Part shown: positions 44,456-52,507 of the stretch, one piece after another
How the letters are laid out: each line of letters begins with the position of its first letter
Position numbering within the stretch: position 1 is the first letter of the stretch
IMG/VR virus record: IMGVR_UViG_3300035492_000411
Span: 6 to 64,005 of that record
From: a virus
Length of the DNA stretch: 64,000 nt
Strand: one strand, 5' to 3'
The notes under the pieces: generated by a model
The model's input: only the letters and a program-made list of their open reading frames with translations
The model's database searches: none
Told to the model about the DNA's origin: nothing
Translations under genes and position numbers: made by a program

Positions 44456-44496
44456 AGTCTTGGGAGGCAGGGCCGGGTTATCCAGCCCTATAGGGG
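44456..44496 (-). promoter_or_regulatory. Late promoter copy 4 (terminase operon)
   Basis: CCCCTATAGGGCT-N22-AAGACT, 8 nt before the terS ATG. Confidence 0.72.
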
Positions 44497-44506
44497 TGGT
44501 GCGGGC

Positions 44507-44803
44507 TTACTCGTCGCCCTGCTCCGCAATGAACTCCACGGTCAGGACTTCGATGCTGTTCGGGCCTACCTGCACAGTGCGATCTGCAGTGCGCGGGGTT
44601 GAGTCGTCGCCTGGAAACTGCGGAGCGTTGAGTGCCAGGCTGGCGCCGATGGTGCCGGCCAGTGCGCCAGTGGCGCCAGGGTCGTAGGCGTCGATCAGCA
44701 CGCCGGTACACAGAATGCCTTGGGGAACCTGTACGGCTACCAGCAGCATAAGGTCGCCATCCTGGGCCTGCACGTTGAAGCTGGTTTCGCTGTGAATCTG
44801 CAT
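44507..44803 (-). CDS. Hypothetical acidic protein
   Basis: Start MQIHSETS with GAGG SD (alternative start 44842). Confidence 0.6.
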   Translation of the reverse strand: MQIHSETSFNVQAQDGDLMLLVAVQVPQGILCTGVLIDAYDPGATGALAGTIGASLALNAPQFPGDDSTPRTADRTVQVGPNSIEVLTVEFIAEQGDE

Positions 44804-44838
44804 GTTCTTTCCTCGGTGGCGGTTGTACTGGCGCGATG

Positions 44839-45321
44839 TCACGCCCCGGCGGGCTCTACCAAGCTGCTCAGGTGAGCCAGGTGGCGGCGCATGTCCTTGA
44901 GCTGCATGGCAAGCTCCTTGTTTGCGTGGGCGGCCTGGTGCCCCATTTCGATGGCTACGAACTGCTGCGCAGCGCCGGCCATTGCCTCGCCCACCATGCG
45001 CGCCTCGCGCGGCGAGAGGATCAGCACCTGCTCGCCAATCTCCAGCACGCTAGTGCCGTCAGGCAGCAGGGAGCGGCTGACGTGGCGAGCTGGTTTGTGC
45101 TGCTCGGCCGGGACGTATACGCCGCGCTGCACCCGCACGATGCGGCCGTTGTTCTCCAGATACGCCAGGCGGTCGTCGATCTGCGTCTTGGTCATGTCGG
45201 CCAGCCCAGCATTGGCCGCCAGCGTCTCGCGCGTGACGATCTGCTCCTGGGTGTGCATGTCCTGTATAGCCTCCAGCAGAATGTCAGCGCTCGATTTGTC
45301 CTGATTGATCGGCCTTTTCAT
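44839..45321 (-). CDS. Winged-HTH protein, candidate late transcription activator
   Basis: VTRETLA..A.L..MTKTQIDDRLAYLENNGRIVRVQRGVY wHTH pattern; occupies the Q position. Confidence 0.6.
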   Translation of the reverse strand: MKRPINQDKSSADILLEAIQDMHTQEQIVTRETLAANAGLADMTKTQIDDRLAYLENNGRIVRVQRGVYVPAEQHKPARHVSRSLLPDGTSVLEIGEQVLILSPREARMVGEAMAGAAQQFVAIEMGHQAAHANKELAMQLKDMRRHLAHLSSLVEPAGA

Positions 45322-45323
45322 GC

Positions 45324-45929
45324 TTACTCCCCCCTGGCTCGCTGTAGTTTTCGTGTCATTGCTCGGTACTGCGCCTTGATCTGTTTCAGATCGTCGATGC
45401 TGTAGTGCTTCGGCTCGTGCGGGCCTTCCAGCCAGGCCACCGCCTCGGCGCCGATCCTGGCAATCAGGCCGATGCGGTACTCGATCAGGTTGCCGGACTT
45501 ACCCATGTTGCAGTTCCGATTGCACTGCAGATGCACGTTCAGCGGCTCGAAGCGCAGTTCTGGGCATGCCTGGGTGGTTCGGTAATGCCCGGCCGCGTAC
45601 TGCACGTTCGCGGTAGTCCCGCAACTGATACACGGCTGGCCGTAGTCGCGCTCGCGCACCCAGCTGTTGAAGGCAGCCTGGGCCTCCTTCATGTGCTCCG
45701 CACGGCCCTTGAGTTTTTCCTTGCGGGCCTTGATGGCTTTGCGCTCAATCTTGGCCAGGGCGGTGCGCTCCTTCTGCTGCTTGTCGCGAGCAATCTGCAC
45801 GCCACACTCCGGGCTGCACCATGATTGGAAGCTCTGCGTTGGCACGAACGGGGCGCGGCAGGTGCGCACGGCGCATTTCCTTGGTCTTCCGCTGATGGCT
45901 TTCAGGGGTTTGCGGGTGGCCAGGGTCAT
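45324..45929 (-). CDS. ninG: NinG/Rap-family nuclease
   Basis: CISCG..AGHYRT..LRFEPLNVHLQC..CN. Confidence 0.9.
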   Translation of the reverse strand: MTLATRKPLKAISGRPRKCAVRTCRAPFVPTQSFQSWCSPECGVQIARDKQQKERTALAKIERKAIKARKEKLKGRAEHMKEAQAAFNSWVRERDYGQPCISCGTTANVQYAAGHYRTTQACPELRFEPLNVHLQCNRNCNMGKSGNLIEYRIGLIARIGAEAVAWLEGPHEPKHYSIDDLKQIKAQYRAMTRKLQRARGE

Positions 45930-46144
45930 GCCTGCGCCCTCTCGTCAGCGTCGATCAGCTTGGCCACCTGCTGGCGGTCAGGGGTGTAGAAGCTCGGGGC
46001 TTTCCCGCCAGGGCGAGTGATGACGTAGCAAACCTCGGGCGTGCGGCTTTCAACTACGGTGTAGCCGCTCTCCGTTTCCCAGCACCCTGGAATAATCTTC
46101 CGCTGCGCATCGCGCTTGGCGCGCCACTTGATTGCCTGTGTCAT
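45926..46144 (-). CDS. Hypothetical protein (72 aa)
   Basis: ATGA-coupled on both sides. Confidence 0.65.
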   Translation of the reverse strand: MTQAIKWRAKRDAQRKIIPGCWETESGYTVVESRTPEVCYVITRPGGKAPSFYTPDRQQVAKLIDADERAQA

Positions 46145-46374
46145 GCGCGACCACCTTTCGCGGCCTGGGCCTGCAGGTCGCGCAGCCGCTGTTTGTGGGC
46201 CTGTTTGCGCTGCAGGCGCTCCTGGCACTTGCCCGGATCAGGCAGCCGGCGGTTCATGTCGTAGCCCGCCTCGAAGGCGCGACGACGCGCTGGCAGGATC
46301 GCCGGCGCATGGCTGACGCCCAGCACGGCAGCCAGTGCAACCGCCTTCAAGATGCAGAACAGAAAATTGCTCAC
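46141..46374 (-). CDS. Hypothetical protein
   Basis: GTGA overlap with the ninB stop. Confidence 0.55.
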   Translation of the reverse strand: MSNFLFCILKAVALAAVLGVSHAPAILPARRRAFEAGYDMNRRLPDPGKCQERLQRKQAHKQRLRDLQAQAAKGGRA

Positions 46375-46844
46375 GCTGCCACCTCCCACTGCTCGGGCAT
46401 CGCGCCCTTGGGCTCGCTCCACTTGACGCCCTGGTCGGCGCCGAACGAGTACATGAACTCGATCAACTCGCCCAACTCGGCAACGCTCATGCGCTTGGTG
46501 CTCACGCCAAGCAGGACAAAGCCACCATTGATCCCGGCCGCCATTCGTACTTCCTGGCGCACGGTGGCGGTCATAATGTTCTTCCAGTCCTCGGCCTCAA
46601 GGTGTTGCATCAACCCGTTGACCGCCCACGGTACCTGCCGGGCGATGTCGCCGAGCATCGCCCACAGCTTGGCGTTCTGCTCCAGGGTGCGGCGGCTCTT
46701 GACCGGGCGCACGATCACCTCGACGGCGCCGTGTGGCGCCAGTTCGGTGGCGAACAGGTAGGCCAGACGACACACGTCGCGGATGCGATTGACGCCTGGC
46801 GCGAAGAAGTGCCGGCCCTTGAGCCTGATGACTTCGCCCATCAC
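46371..46844 (-). CDS. ninB: NinB-family recombination protein
   Basis: RTLEQNAKLWAMLGDIARQV..EDWK..STKRMSVAELGELIEFM. Confidence 0.9.
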   Translation of the reverse strand: MMGEVIRLKGRHFFAPGVNRIRDVCRLAYLFATELAPHGAVEVIVRPVKSRRTLEQNAKLWAMLGDIARQVPWAVNGLMQHLEAEDWKNIMTATVRQEVRMAAGINGGFVLLGVSTKRMSVAELGELIEFMYSFGADQGVKWSEPKGAMPEQWEVAA

Positions 46845-47503
46845 CTCCCCCTGAGCGCGGCGCGCAAGCTGGCCAGGCCGCGACGCCCGCCTTCGTCGGT
46901 GCGACCGGAGCTCACCGAGTCAGGGTCAGGCAGGCCCAGCGGGATTGCGCGCAGCGGCGCCCCCTCCATCACCATGCGGCAGGCAATCGCGTAGTTGCGG
47001 GCGAACAGCTTGCGGCTGGCGTCTTCCTTGAGCGTGCTCAGGGTGTGAAAGCCGGTTTCGAGCGCAGCGTGGCACACCGCCGGATGGCTCCAGGGCTTAT
47101 CGAGCGCAGGCCCAGCACGGTAGGCGCGACGGCACGCCTCGCGGTAAGCCTTGTCCTCGGTCGGCAGGCCAAAGTCTTCGGGGTCGAGCTCTAGGCACAG
47201 GGCGCGGAACTGGCCAGCAGCAGGCGGCCACTCCTGCAGCTGCTTGTCCCGGGTCGTCGCCAGGGCGTTGAGGCCGACAGCGATCTGCTCGCCGGTCATG
47301 CCCCCGAGCGTTGCTGCCCAGGCATGGCTCTGATCAACCGACACACCGAAACTCCCCGTCCATTTCTTCCCATAAAGCTCCGCCATCTTGATCCACAGCT
47401 TGTCCAGCAGCGGCTGAGCGAGCTTCGCGCTCGGCGATGGCTTGCTTGACGGCATCGACGGCTGAGAGAGGGCGGACTGAATCAGGTCGCTGGCTGCGTG
47501 CAT
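46841..47503 (-). CDS. Replication protein P-like helicase loader (start uncertain)
   Basis: LWIKMAELYGKKW..WPPAAGQFRALC..GLPT..AY.EAC..WSHPAV. Confidence 0.75.
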   Translation of the reverse strand: MHAASDLIQSALSQPSMPSSKPSPSAKLAQPLLDKLWIKMAELYGKKWTGSFGVSVDQSHAWAATLGGMTGEQIAVGLNALATTRDKQLQEWPPAAGQFRALCLELDPEDFGLPTEDKAYREACRRAYRAGPALDKPWSHPAVCHAALETGFHTLSTLKEDASRKLFARNYAIACRMVMEGAPLRAIPLGLPDPDSVSSGRTDEGGRRGLASLRAALRGR

Positions 47504-48236
47504 GAGTTACCTCGTCTTCCCAGCGGCGCTGGTTGAGCCAAGTGGTCGGGTGCGGGATGTATTGGCCACCGTCGCGCTGCCAGTCGGCGGTGAGCTTGTG
47601 TGCGGCAATGGCGGACAGGATGGCGGCTTGCAGTTCGGCGCTCGGCTTGAGCTTTGCCCAGGCCTTCTCGGCGGTGGCCTTGGCCTTTTTCAGCGGATAG
47701 GCAGACCAGAACTCGGCGAACCCGGTCGCAGCCCCCTTGGGGGGTATGGGGGGTTCTTTACTTTGGTTATTGGTTCTTGGTTCTTGGTTAGTTTTCGATC
47801 CGGTTTCCGCCGGGTTAGCTGAAATAACCGACTGGGTTTCCGATGGGTTATCACTGCCTTCGTTTTGCTTTGCCGGATCTACAGGGTCGGGTTCCTCTGG
47901 CTTGGTTTCCGGTTTTGCCTTTGGCGGGCGACCACCGCGCTTCCCGTTTTCCGCTGCCACCCTGGCCTTGGCCTGGTACTGCTGGATCACTTCATCGCAA
48001 TGGCTGTGCTGCCAGCCGCTGGCAGTCTCGGTGAAGAACTCGCGCAGCACGCTCTCTACTTCGGCCGCCGCAGAGCGCAGGCGGATGATGCGAGCAACCT
48101 CTGCTGGAGTGCCGCCGATGGGCTGCTCGTTGACGTAGTACAGGTCAAGCAGGCGGCGATAAGCCAGATCCTCTAGCGGCTCCAAGTGCGCCGTGCGCAG
48201 CATGTAGTCGCCCACATGGAAGGGGTAAAAGTTCAC
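47334..48236 (-). CDS. Replication initiator (DUF1376/YdaU N-terminus, O-like)
   Basis: MNFYPFHVGDY..T.HL..LE..AYRRLLDLYY; C-terminal F.EFW.AYP.K..K..A.KAW..YIPHPTTWLNQRRWED. Confidence 0.88.
   Translation of the reverse strand: MNFYPFHVGDYMLRTAHLEPLEDLAYRRLLDLYYVNEQPIGGTPAEVARIIRLRSAAAEVESVLREFFTETASGWQHSHCDEVIQQYQAKARVAAENGKRGGRPPKAKPETKPEEPDPVDPAKQNEGSDNPSETQSVISANPAETGSKTNQEPRTNNQSKEPPIPPKGAATGFAEFWSAYPLKKAKATAEKAWAKLKPSAELQAAILSAIAAHKLTADWQRDGGQYIPHPTTWLNQRRWEDEVTHARSQRPDSVRPLSAVDAVKQAIAEREARSAAAGQAVDQDGGALWEEMDGEFRCVG
47763..47850. repeat. Probable replication origin iterons inside the initiator gene
   Basis: 4 tandem TTGGTT(A/C) heptamers (47763-47790) and GGTTTCCG..GGGTTA twice (47802-47817, 47835-47850). 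Confidence 0.6.
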
Positions 48237-48493
48237 GCCGCCACCCCTTTCCCTTCAGCAAGCCGGTATTCGGCCACCCGCACCCACTTGCCTTGGCGGT
48301 TCTGCACGCGCAGCCAGCTGGTTTCGATGCTCATGCCAGCCTGGCGCAGCTCGTCGATACGCGCAGCCAGTCGGGCGCAGCCGAAGCGATTGAGCGCATA
48401 CAGGCCGGTAATAGAATTGCCCGCCTCCAGAAAGGCGCAGATCGCCGCTCGCTGGGAATTGCTGGTGTTGCTGTTTGGATTGTCGTTCGCCAT
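48233..48493 (-). CDS. Small winged-HTH protein
   Basis: SQRAAI..FL..G.SIT.L.A..RFGC.RLAARI.ELR..G..I. Confidence 0.8.
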   Translation of the reverse strand: MANDNPNSNTSNSQRAAICAFLEAGNSITGLYALNRFGCARLAARIDELRQAGMSIETSWLRVQNRQGKWVRVAEYRLAEGKGVAA

Positions 48494-48514
48494 AATTCCC
48501 CCTGTTGGTTGTTG

Positions 48515-48550
48515 AAAGCCCGGCCGCTCCCCAGCAGATCCGGGCTTTTT
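48515..48550. terminator. tR1/oop-like terminator after cII
   Basis: AAAGCCCGG...CCGGGCTTTTT with a long loop. Confidence 0.5.
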
Positions 48551-48555
48551 CTTGC

Positions 48556-48843
48556 CTATTTCTTTTCTGTCATCAGCTCTGGCGACAGTTCCAGGCCAAG
48601 CGCTGCCAGAACGCGCAGCGACTCGGCTACCTCCCTTCTCATGTGCAGGCTGCCCGCGTCGTGTAACTCCAGACCGAGCACGGCCAGCAGGTCGGCGGTC
48701 TTAGCCAACTCCCCGTCTGACTTCATTCGGCTCACCGCGCTTTCGCTGACGCCAAGACCCTCCGCGACGGCCTTCTGGGTGGCGCGGGAAAGCGCTCGCA
48801 AGAGTTCCGTTTCGTTCTTGTTGGCGAGTTCAGCGCGGGTCAT
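48556..48843 (-). CDS. cII: CII-like activator
   Basis: QKAVAEGLGVSESAVSRMK HTH, follows cro; GAGG SD. Confidence 0.8.
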   Translation of the reverse strand: MTRAELANKNETELLRALSRATQKAVAEGLGVSESAVSRMKSDGELAKTADLLAVLGLELHDAGSLHMRREVAESLRVLAALGLELSPELMTEKK

Positions 48844-48854
48844 CTGTACTGGCC

Positions 48855-49085
48855 TCAAGCGGCTGACTTGTTGGGGCGTACCTCATTCAGCAGCCAGTCG
48901 GCCGTGAACTGTCCGCCTGACGCATCAGCCAGGCGCTGCGCGTAATTGGTTTCACCTGTGTAGTCGGTGCGCGGGAGCGATTCAGCGGTCAGCCATTTGT
49001 AAACAGCCCGCTGGCTTACGCCGCACGCAGCAGCGGCATTTGCTACTCCGCCAGCCTTTGCAATGGATGATTTGAGTGCGCTCAT
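48855..49085 (-). CDS. cro: Cro-like repressor
   Basis: GGVANAAAACGVSQRAVYKWL HTH, divergent from cI. Confidence 0.88.
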   Translation of the reverse strand: MSALKSSIAKAGGVANAAAACGVSQRAVYKWLTAESLPRTDYTGETNYAQRLADASGGQFTADWLLNEVRPNKSAA

Positions 49086-49109
49086 GGGCTTGGCCTCCCG
49101 GCCTAAAAC

Positions 49110-49181
49110 TGAACTTGCGGTACATATTATGGCTGGACTGAAAGTACATGCAAGCACATGCGACATTGAACCCATGGTTCA
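49110..49181. promoter_or_regulatory. OR operators and PR/PRM
   Basis: TGAAC-TTGCG-GTACA (49110), TGGAC-TGAAA-GTACA (49134), TGAAC-CCATG-GTTCA (49167); minus-strand TTGCAT-N16-CATAAT. Confidence 0.8.
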
Positions 49182-49905
49182 GTCAGAAGAATTACGGGTT
49201 AAATTCGTCGCGCGCCTCAAGCAAGCCCTCGCCAATGCAGGCATTGCGGAGTGGGGAGCAGGCGCTCGCCTTGCAAAAATCACGGGCGTTACCCCGAAGG
49301 CGACCAGCAAATGGATAAACGCCGACTCCATGCCCAGCCGCTCACATTTGTTGGCAATTGCAAAGGAGCTGCAGGTAAGCGCTGAGTGGCTGCAATACGG
49401 TGACGGGCACATGGAGCCCGACCTGTACACAAGTGACAGCGTGATTACGCTAAAGCACCCAAGCCATGAGCGCTCTAACGTGGCCCCCGCCAAGGAATCG
49501 CACAGAAAGGACAAGGAGTACCCATTGATCAGTTGGGTAGCGGCAGGATGCTGGCAGGAGGCATGTGACAACTTCCACCCAGGCGATGCCGAGCAGTGGA
49601 TAGCCTCGGATGCCAATGCAGGCCCGCATGGCTACTGGCTAACCGTGAAAGGCCCGTCCATGCAACCCACGTTTATGGAAGGCTCGCGCATCCTGGTAAA
49701 GCCCGAGGGTTTCGACCTGGTAAGCGGCAAGTTCTACATTGCCAAGCTGATGGATACCGGCGAAACCACCTTCAAGCAGTACATCCGCGACGGCGGCATA
49801 GGCTTTCTGCAGCCGCTCAACAGCGCCTTCCCCATCATGCAGATCACCGACAACGTGCAAATCATCGGCCAGGTAGTGGATGGCCGGCTGCCGCCGATCT
49901 TCTGA
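49174..49905 (+). CDS. cI: CI repressor (HTH + S24 autopeptidase)
   Basis: ARLAKITGVTPKATSKW HTH; VKGPSM Ser and TTFKQY Lys catalytic motifs. Confidence 0.93.
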   Translation: MVQSEELRVKFVARLKQALANAGIAEWGAGARLAKITGVTPKATSKWINADSMPSRSHLLAIAKELQVSAEWLQYGDGHMEPDLYTSDSVITLKHPSHERSNVAPAKESHRKDKEYPLISWVAAGCWQEACDNFHPGDAEQWIASDANAGPHGYWLTVKGPSMQPTFMEGSRILVKPEGFDLVSGKFYIAKLMDTGETTFKQYIRDGGIGFLQPLNSAFPIMQITDNVQIIGQVVDGRLPPIF

Positions 49906-49912
49906 GCTGGCA

Positions 49913-50032
49913 ATGAACTGGCTCAGGTTCTTCGATGCAATCGTCCGAGGCGAAAAGTGGGCGACCATGGCTACCATGATTTGGGTACTGACAGTCGCTG
50001 GCCTTGCCGTGTCGCTCTATCTGTTCCTCTGA
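49913..50032 (+). CDS. 39-aa single-TM protein downstream of cI
   Basis: MNWLRFFDAIVRGEKWATMATMIWVLTVAGLAVSLYLFL; starts 7 nt after the cI stop. Confidence 0.4.
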   Translation: MNWLRFFDAIVRGEKWATMATMIWVLTVAGLAVSLYLFL

Positions 50033-50277
50033 ATGCCGCTAATCTTTCGCTCAAGGAGATATGCCCTGCTGATGCTCAAGACCATCGCCAGCAAAGCAGT
50101 GGCGTCGATTGACCGCATAACCAACTTGCCCATGGCGCTGGTTACGAAAGCACTTTCCGCAACCGGCACCACCAGGGCAATAACCAGGGCCGCTACAAAG
50201 GCGATCCGGAGCAATCGCCCTACTCTCGCCTCGATTGCTCTACTTTCTCCGATGCTAGTTTGCTGCTTGTTAGGCAT
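50017..50277 (-). CDS. Two-TM membrane protein in the immunity region
   Basis: GGAGG SD; LLRIAFVAALVIALVVPV and ATALLAMVLSISRAYLL segments. Confidence 0.55.
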   Translation of the reverse strand: MPNKQQTSIGESRAIEARVGRLLRIAFVAALVIALVVPVAESAFVTSAMGKLVMRSIDATALLAMVLSISRAYLLERKISGIQRNR

Positions 50278-50488
50278 GGCGTTGGTAGCCTCCAAAGGCA
50301 CATGGGATGCATATGCGCGAGCAGTGATCATCGCTGCAGGTGCTGTAATTGCCGTTCACTTCAAGTCGCGCCGCGTATCTCGGCAGCATCAGCGCGGTAC
50401 AGCCTGCAGACAGCGAGCTACCGAGCGCCGTCAATGGCGTCAAGATCAACGCCAGTAGCCAGAAGCTCACTTCAAAACTGCTCTTTCT

Positions 50489-50513
50489 AGCCCGGCCGCG
50501 TGCCGGGCTTTTT
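50489..50513 (+). terminator. Intrinsic terminator of the cI transcript
   Basis: AGCCCGGC-CGCGT-GCCGGGCT-TTTT. Confidence 0.8.
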
Positions 50514-50553
50514 GTTGCCGCCTGAAAATAATACGGCAATTCCAGCCAAAAAA

Positions 50554-50596
50554 TGTACTTTTGGTTCTTGACGATATTGAACCTACAGTACATATT
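50554..50596 (+). promoter_or_regulatory. PL promoter with two OL operators
   Basis: TTGACG-N17-CATATT; TGTAC-TTTTG-GTTCT (50554) and TGAAC-CTACA-GTACA (50578). Confidence 0.82.
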
Positions 50597-50625
50597 GAGC
50601 GCCAAGGCCAAGCAAAACCGGCCAC

Positions 50626-50639
50626 CGCTCTTTAGACAA
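50626..50639 (+). promoter_or_regulatory. boxA-like antitermination element
   Basis: CGCTCTTTAGACAA about 25 nt after the PL start. Confidence 0.6.
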
Positions 50640-50963
50640 CCTGACGTGAACCAGCGGACTTACCGGGCCATGACCCGGTGGTGATCAAGCTAAACAGCCC
50701 GCCCATGCCAGCTCTGGAACTGGCCGGCCCTCCATATCGAGGGACGCGATGTTGTGCAGCCACCCGATGCGACGCCAGTTGCGGCAACGGGCAGTGGTGG
50801 GGAAACCCGGCAGACGCGCAACGAGATCGAACTAACAAGGATTCCTTGACAGTTCAGCCCAGCCCACCGTGGCCAGTAACGGAGGCCAGGAACACGCAAC
50901 ACCGAAGAATTGCTGGAGCACCTTGGAGACAGGGTGCTCTGGAATCAAACGGGAGGAATGACG

Positions 50964-51170
50964 ATGGCTCAATTCAACATCGACGCACACCTGAGCAACG
51001 GCAAGCAGCTTCAGTGGCTAGCAATTTCCGACGAAGGCGAAAGCCTGCAATCGGTAGCCGATCAGGTGAAGCGCGCAGCCAGCAAGAAGTTCGGCCCTGC
51101 CGTTTTGCTCAAGCGCTGGGGCGTGATGCGAGCCAGCAACGGCTGCATCACGGTTCGCATGTTTGCCTAA
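50964..51170 (+). CDS. Hypothetical 68-aa protein, first clear PL gene
   Basis: MAQFNIDAHLSNGK..; GGGAGG SD. Confidence 0.75.
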   Translation: MAQFNIDAHLSNGKQLQWLAISDEGESLQSVADQVKRAASKKFGPAVLLKRWGVMRASNGCITVRMFA

Positions 51171-51445
51171 CACCCCGCCCTCTCGCGGGGCGCCGGTAGC
51201 CCGGTGAACGAGAGGCGGTCGCGGCACGCTGGCCGATAGAGCGATGCGCGGAGTTCCTGGCCTACCAGGTGGCCGCGCTAGCAAGCGCCCAGGCAATAGT
51301 CGGCAACGACGAAGACCAGCCGCCCCTGCACGGCGCCGAATGCAGGATTTCCCCACACGCCTCCATACGCCGCGCACTTGCCTGGACTTTGCGGAAAGTC
51401 TGCCGGGCAGGTGCGCGACCTATGAACGCGACCGAGGACGCAACC

Positions 51446-51757
51446 ATGAGCAGAACCGTTTGCATCGAGCAGTACGAGCTGGAGGTTGAGATAACCAGCT
51501 GCACCAGCGTCGCCCCGAATCACTCCACCTGGGACAGCGACTGGGACTACTACGGCTACCAGGAAATGGAGTTCGAAGTGCTTTCCGGCCTGGTCTACGA
51601 CGAGGACGGCGACAACCCGCAGGAACTGGGCCGCAACGGCTGTGCCGCTGTGGCCGAGCAGTACAGCGAAGAGATCGAGCAAAAGCTCTGGGATCAACTG
51701 GCCGAAGAGGCCGATGACTGCGACTACGACGATAGCCGCGATTGGGAGGCAGCATGA
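51446..51757 (+). CDS. Highly acidic 103-aa protein
   Basis: GAGG SD; 29 D/E versus 4 K/R. Confidence 0.8.
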   Translation: MSRTVCIEQYELEVEITSCTSVAPNHSTWDSDWDYYGYQEMEFEVLSGLVYDEDGDNPQELGRNGCAAVAEQYSEEIEQKLWDQLAEEADDCDYDDSRDWEAA

Positions 51758-52053
51758 ATACCGTAAATACCTCGCAAGAGCTGTACCTGCACATCAAAGC
51801 GGATGGCTCCCGCCACCTGCGTGATTGCGATATGAGCGAGTACAGCGAGAGCTTCGGCGTCTGCATCGGCAAGGTCGCCTGCGCTATCGCCTACGAGGAT
51901 ATTTCTGACGTTGATCCTCGCGTCGTGCTGGTCGGCAAGCTGGAGCAGAAGATCGCCGACACTCGCGCCAAGTGCGAGCGCGAGGTGAATCACCTGCTCG
52001 ACCAGATCAGCAAATTGCAGTGCCTGGAGTATCAGCCCAATGCCGCAGGGTAG
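51754..52053 (+). CDS. Hypothetical 99-aa protein
   Basis: ATGA coupling; C-terminal coiled coil. Confidence 0.75.
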   Translation: MNTVNTSQELYLHIKADGSRHLRDCDMSEYSESFGVCIGKVACAIAYEDISDVDPRVVLVGKLEQKIADTRAKCEREVNHLLDQISKLQCLEYQPNAAG

Positions 52054-52219
52054 CGGCGCCGAGAAGCGCTCGCACGCACTGGCCAAACGGTGCGCGCGAC
52101 TGCGGCGCGACGGCCTGTCGCTGCAAGCCATCGCCGATCTTGTCGGCATTCACAAGGATCAGGTGCCCGCCCGCATCAAGCTCGGCGAGCGCCTGCTGTC
52201 ACTGGAGACAGAAGCATGA
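52040..52219 (+). CDS. 59-aa HTH protein
   Basis: RRDGLSLQAIADLVGIHKDQVPARIKLG. Confidence 0.7.
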   Translation: MPQGSGAEKRSHALAKRCARLRRDGLSLQAIADLVGIHKDQVPARIKLGERLLSLETEA

Positions 52220-52389
52220 ACAAGCCCCAAGAATTTGCCGGCAAGACCATTGCCGAAGCCCGCGCCCTGGCTGCCCGCTATGGCTTCACCGCTGGCGGCT
52301 ACCTGACCATATGCGGCTCGCTGTGCGTGATCCGATTCATGGACGCGCCGGCCTCCCCGCTCGGTCTACCGCTGGAAAACGGCTGGTAG
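52216..52389 (+). CDS. Hypothetical 57-aa protein
   Basis: ATGA coupling; MNKPQEFAGKTIAEAR.. Confidence 0.6.
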   Translation: MNKPQEFAGKTIAEARALAARYGFTAGGYLTICGSLCVIRFMDAPASPLGLPLENGW

Positions 52390-52507
52390 GCACCTAACAC
52401 CGCGTAACCAACGAGCGCGGCCCCCGGCATGGAAACGGGGCGTCCGGCCACGTTACGGCCACCCTATTACCCCAACCATGCTGCGCCAGGCGCGGCAGGA
52501 GAGAGTC

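Noticed and set aside
50033-50458. 141-aa plus-strand ORF that tiles neatly before the terminator
   Set aside because: Thr/Arg/Ala pattern typical of an antisense frame to the two-TM gene, which has the better SD; not fully excluded
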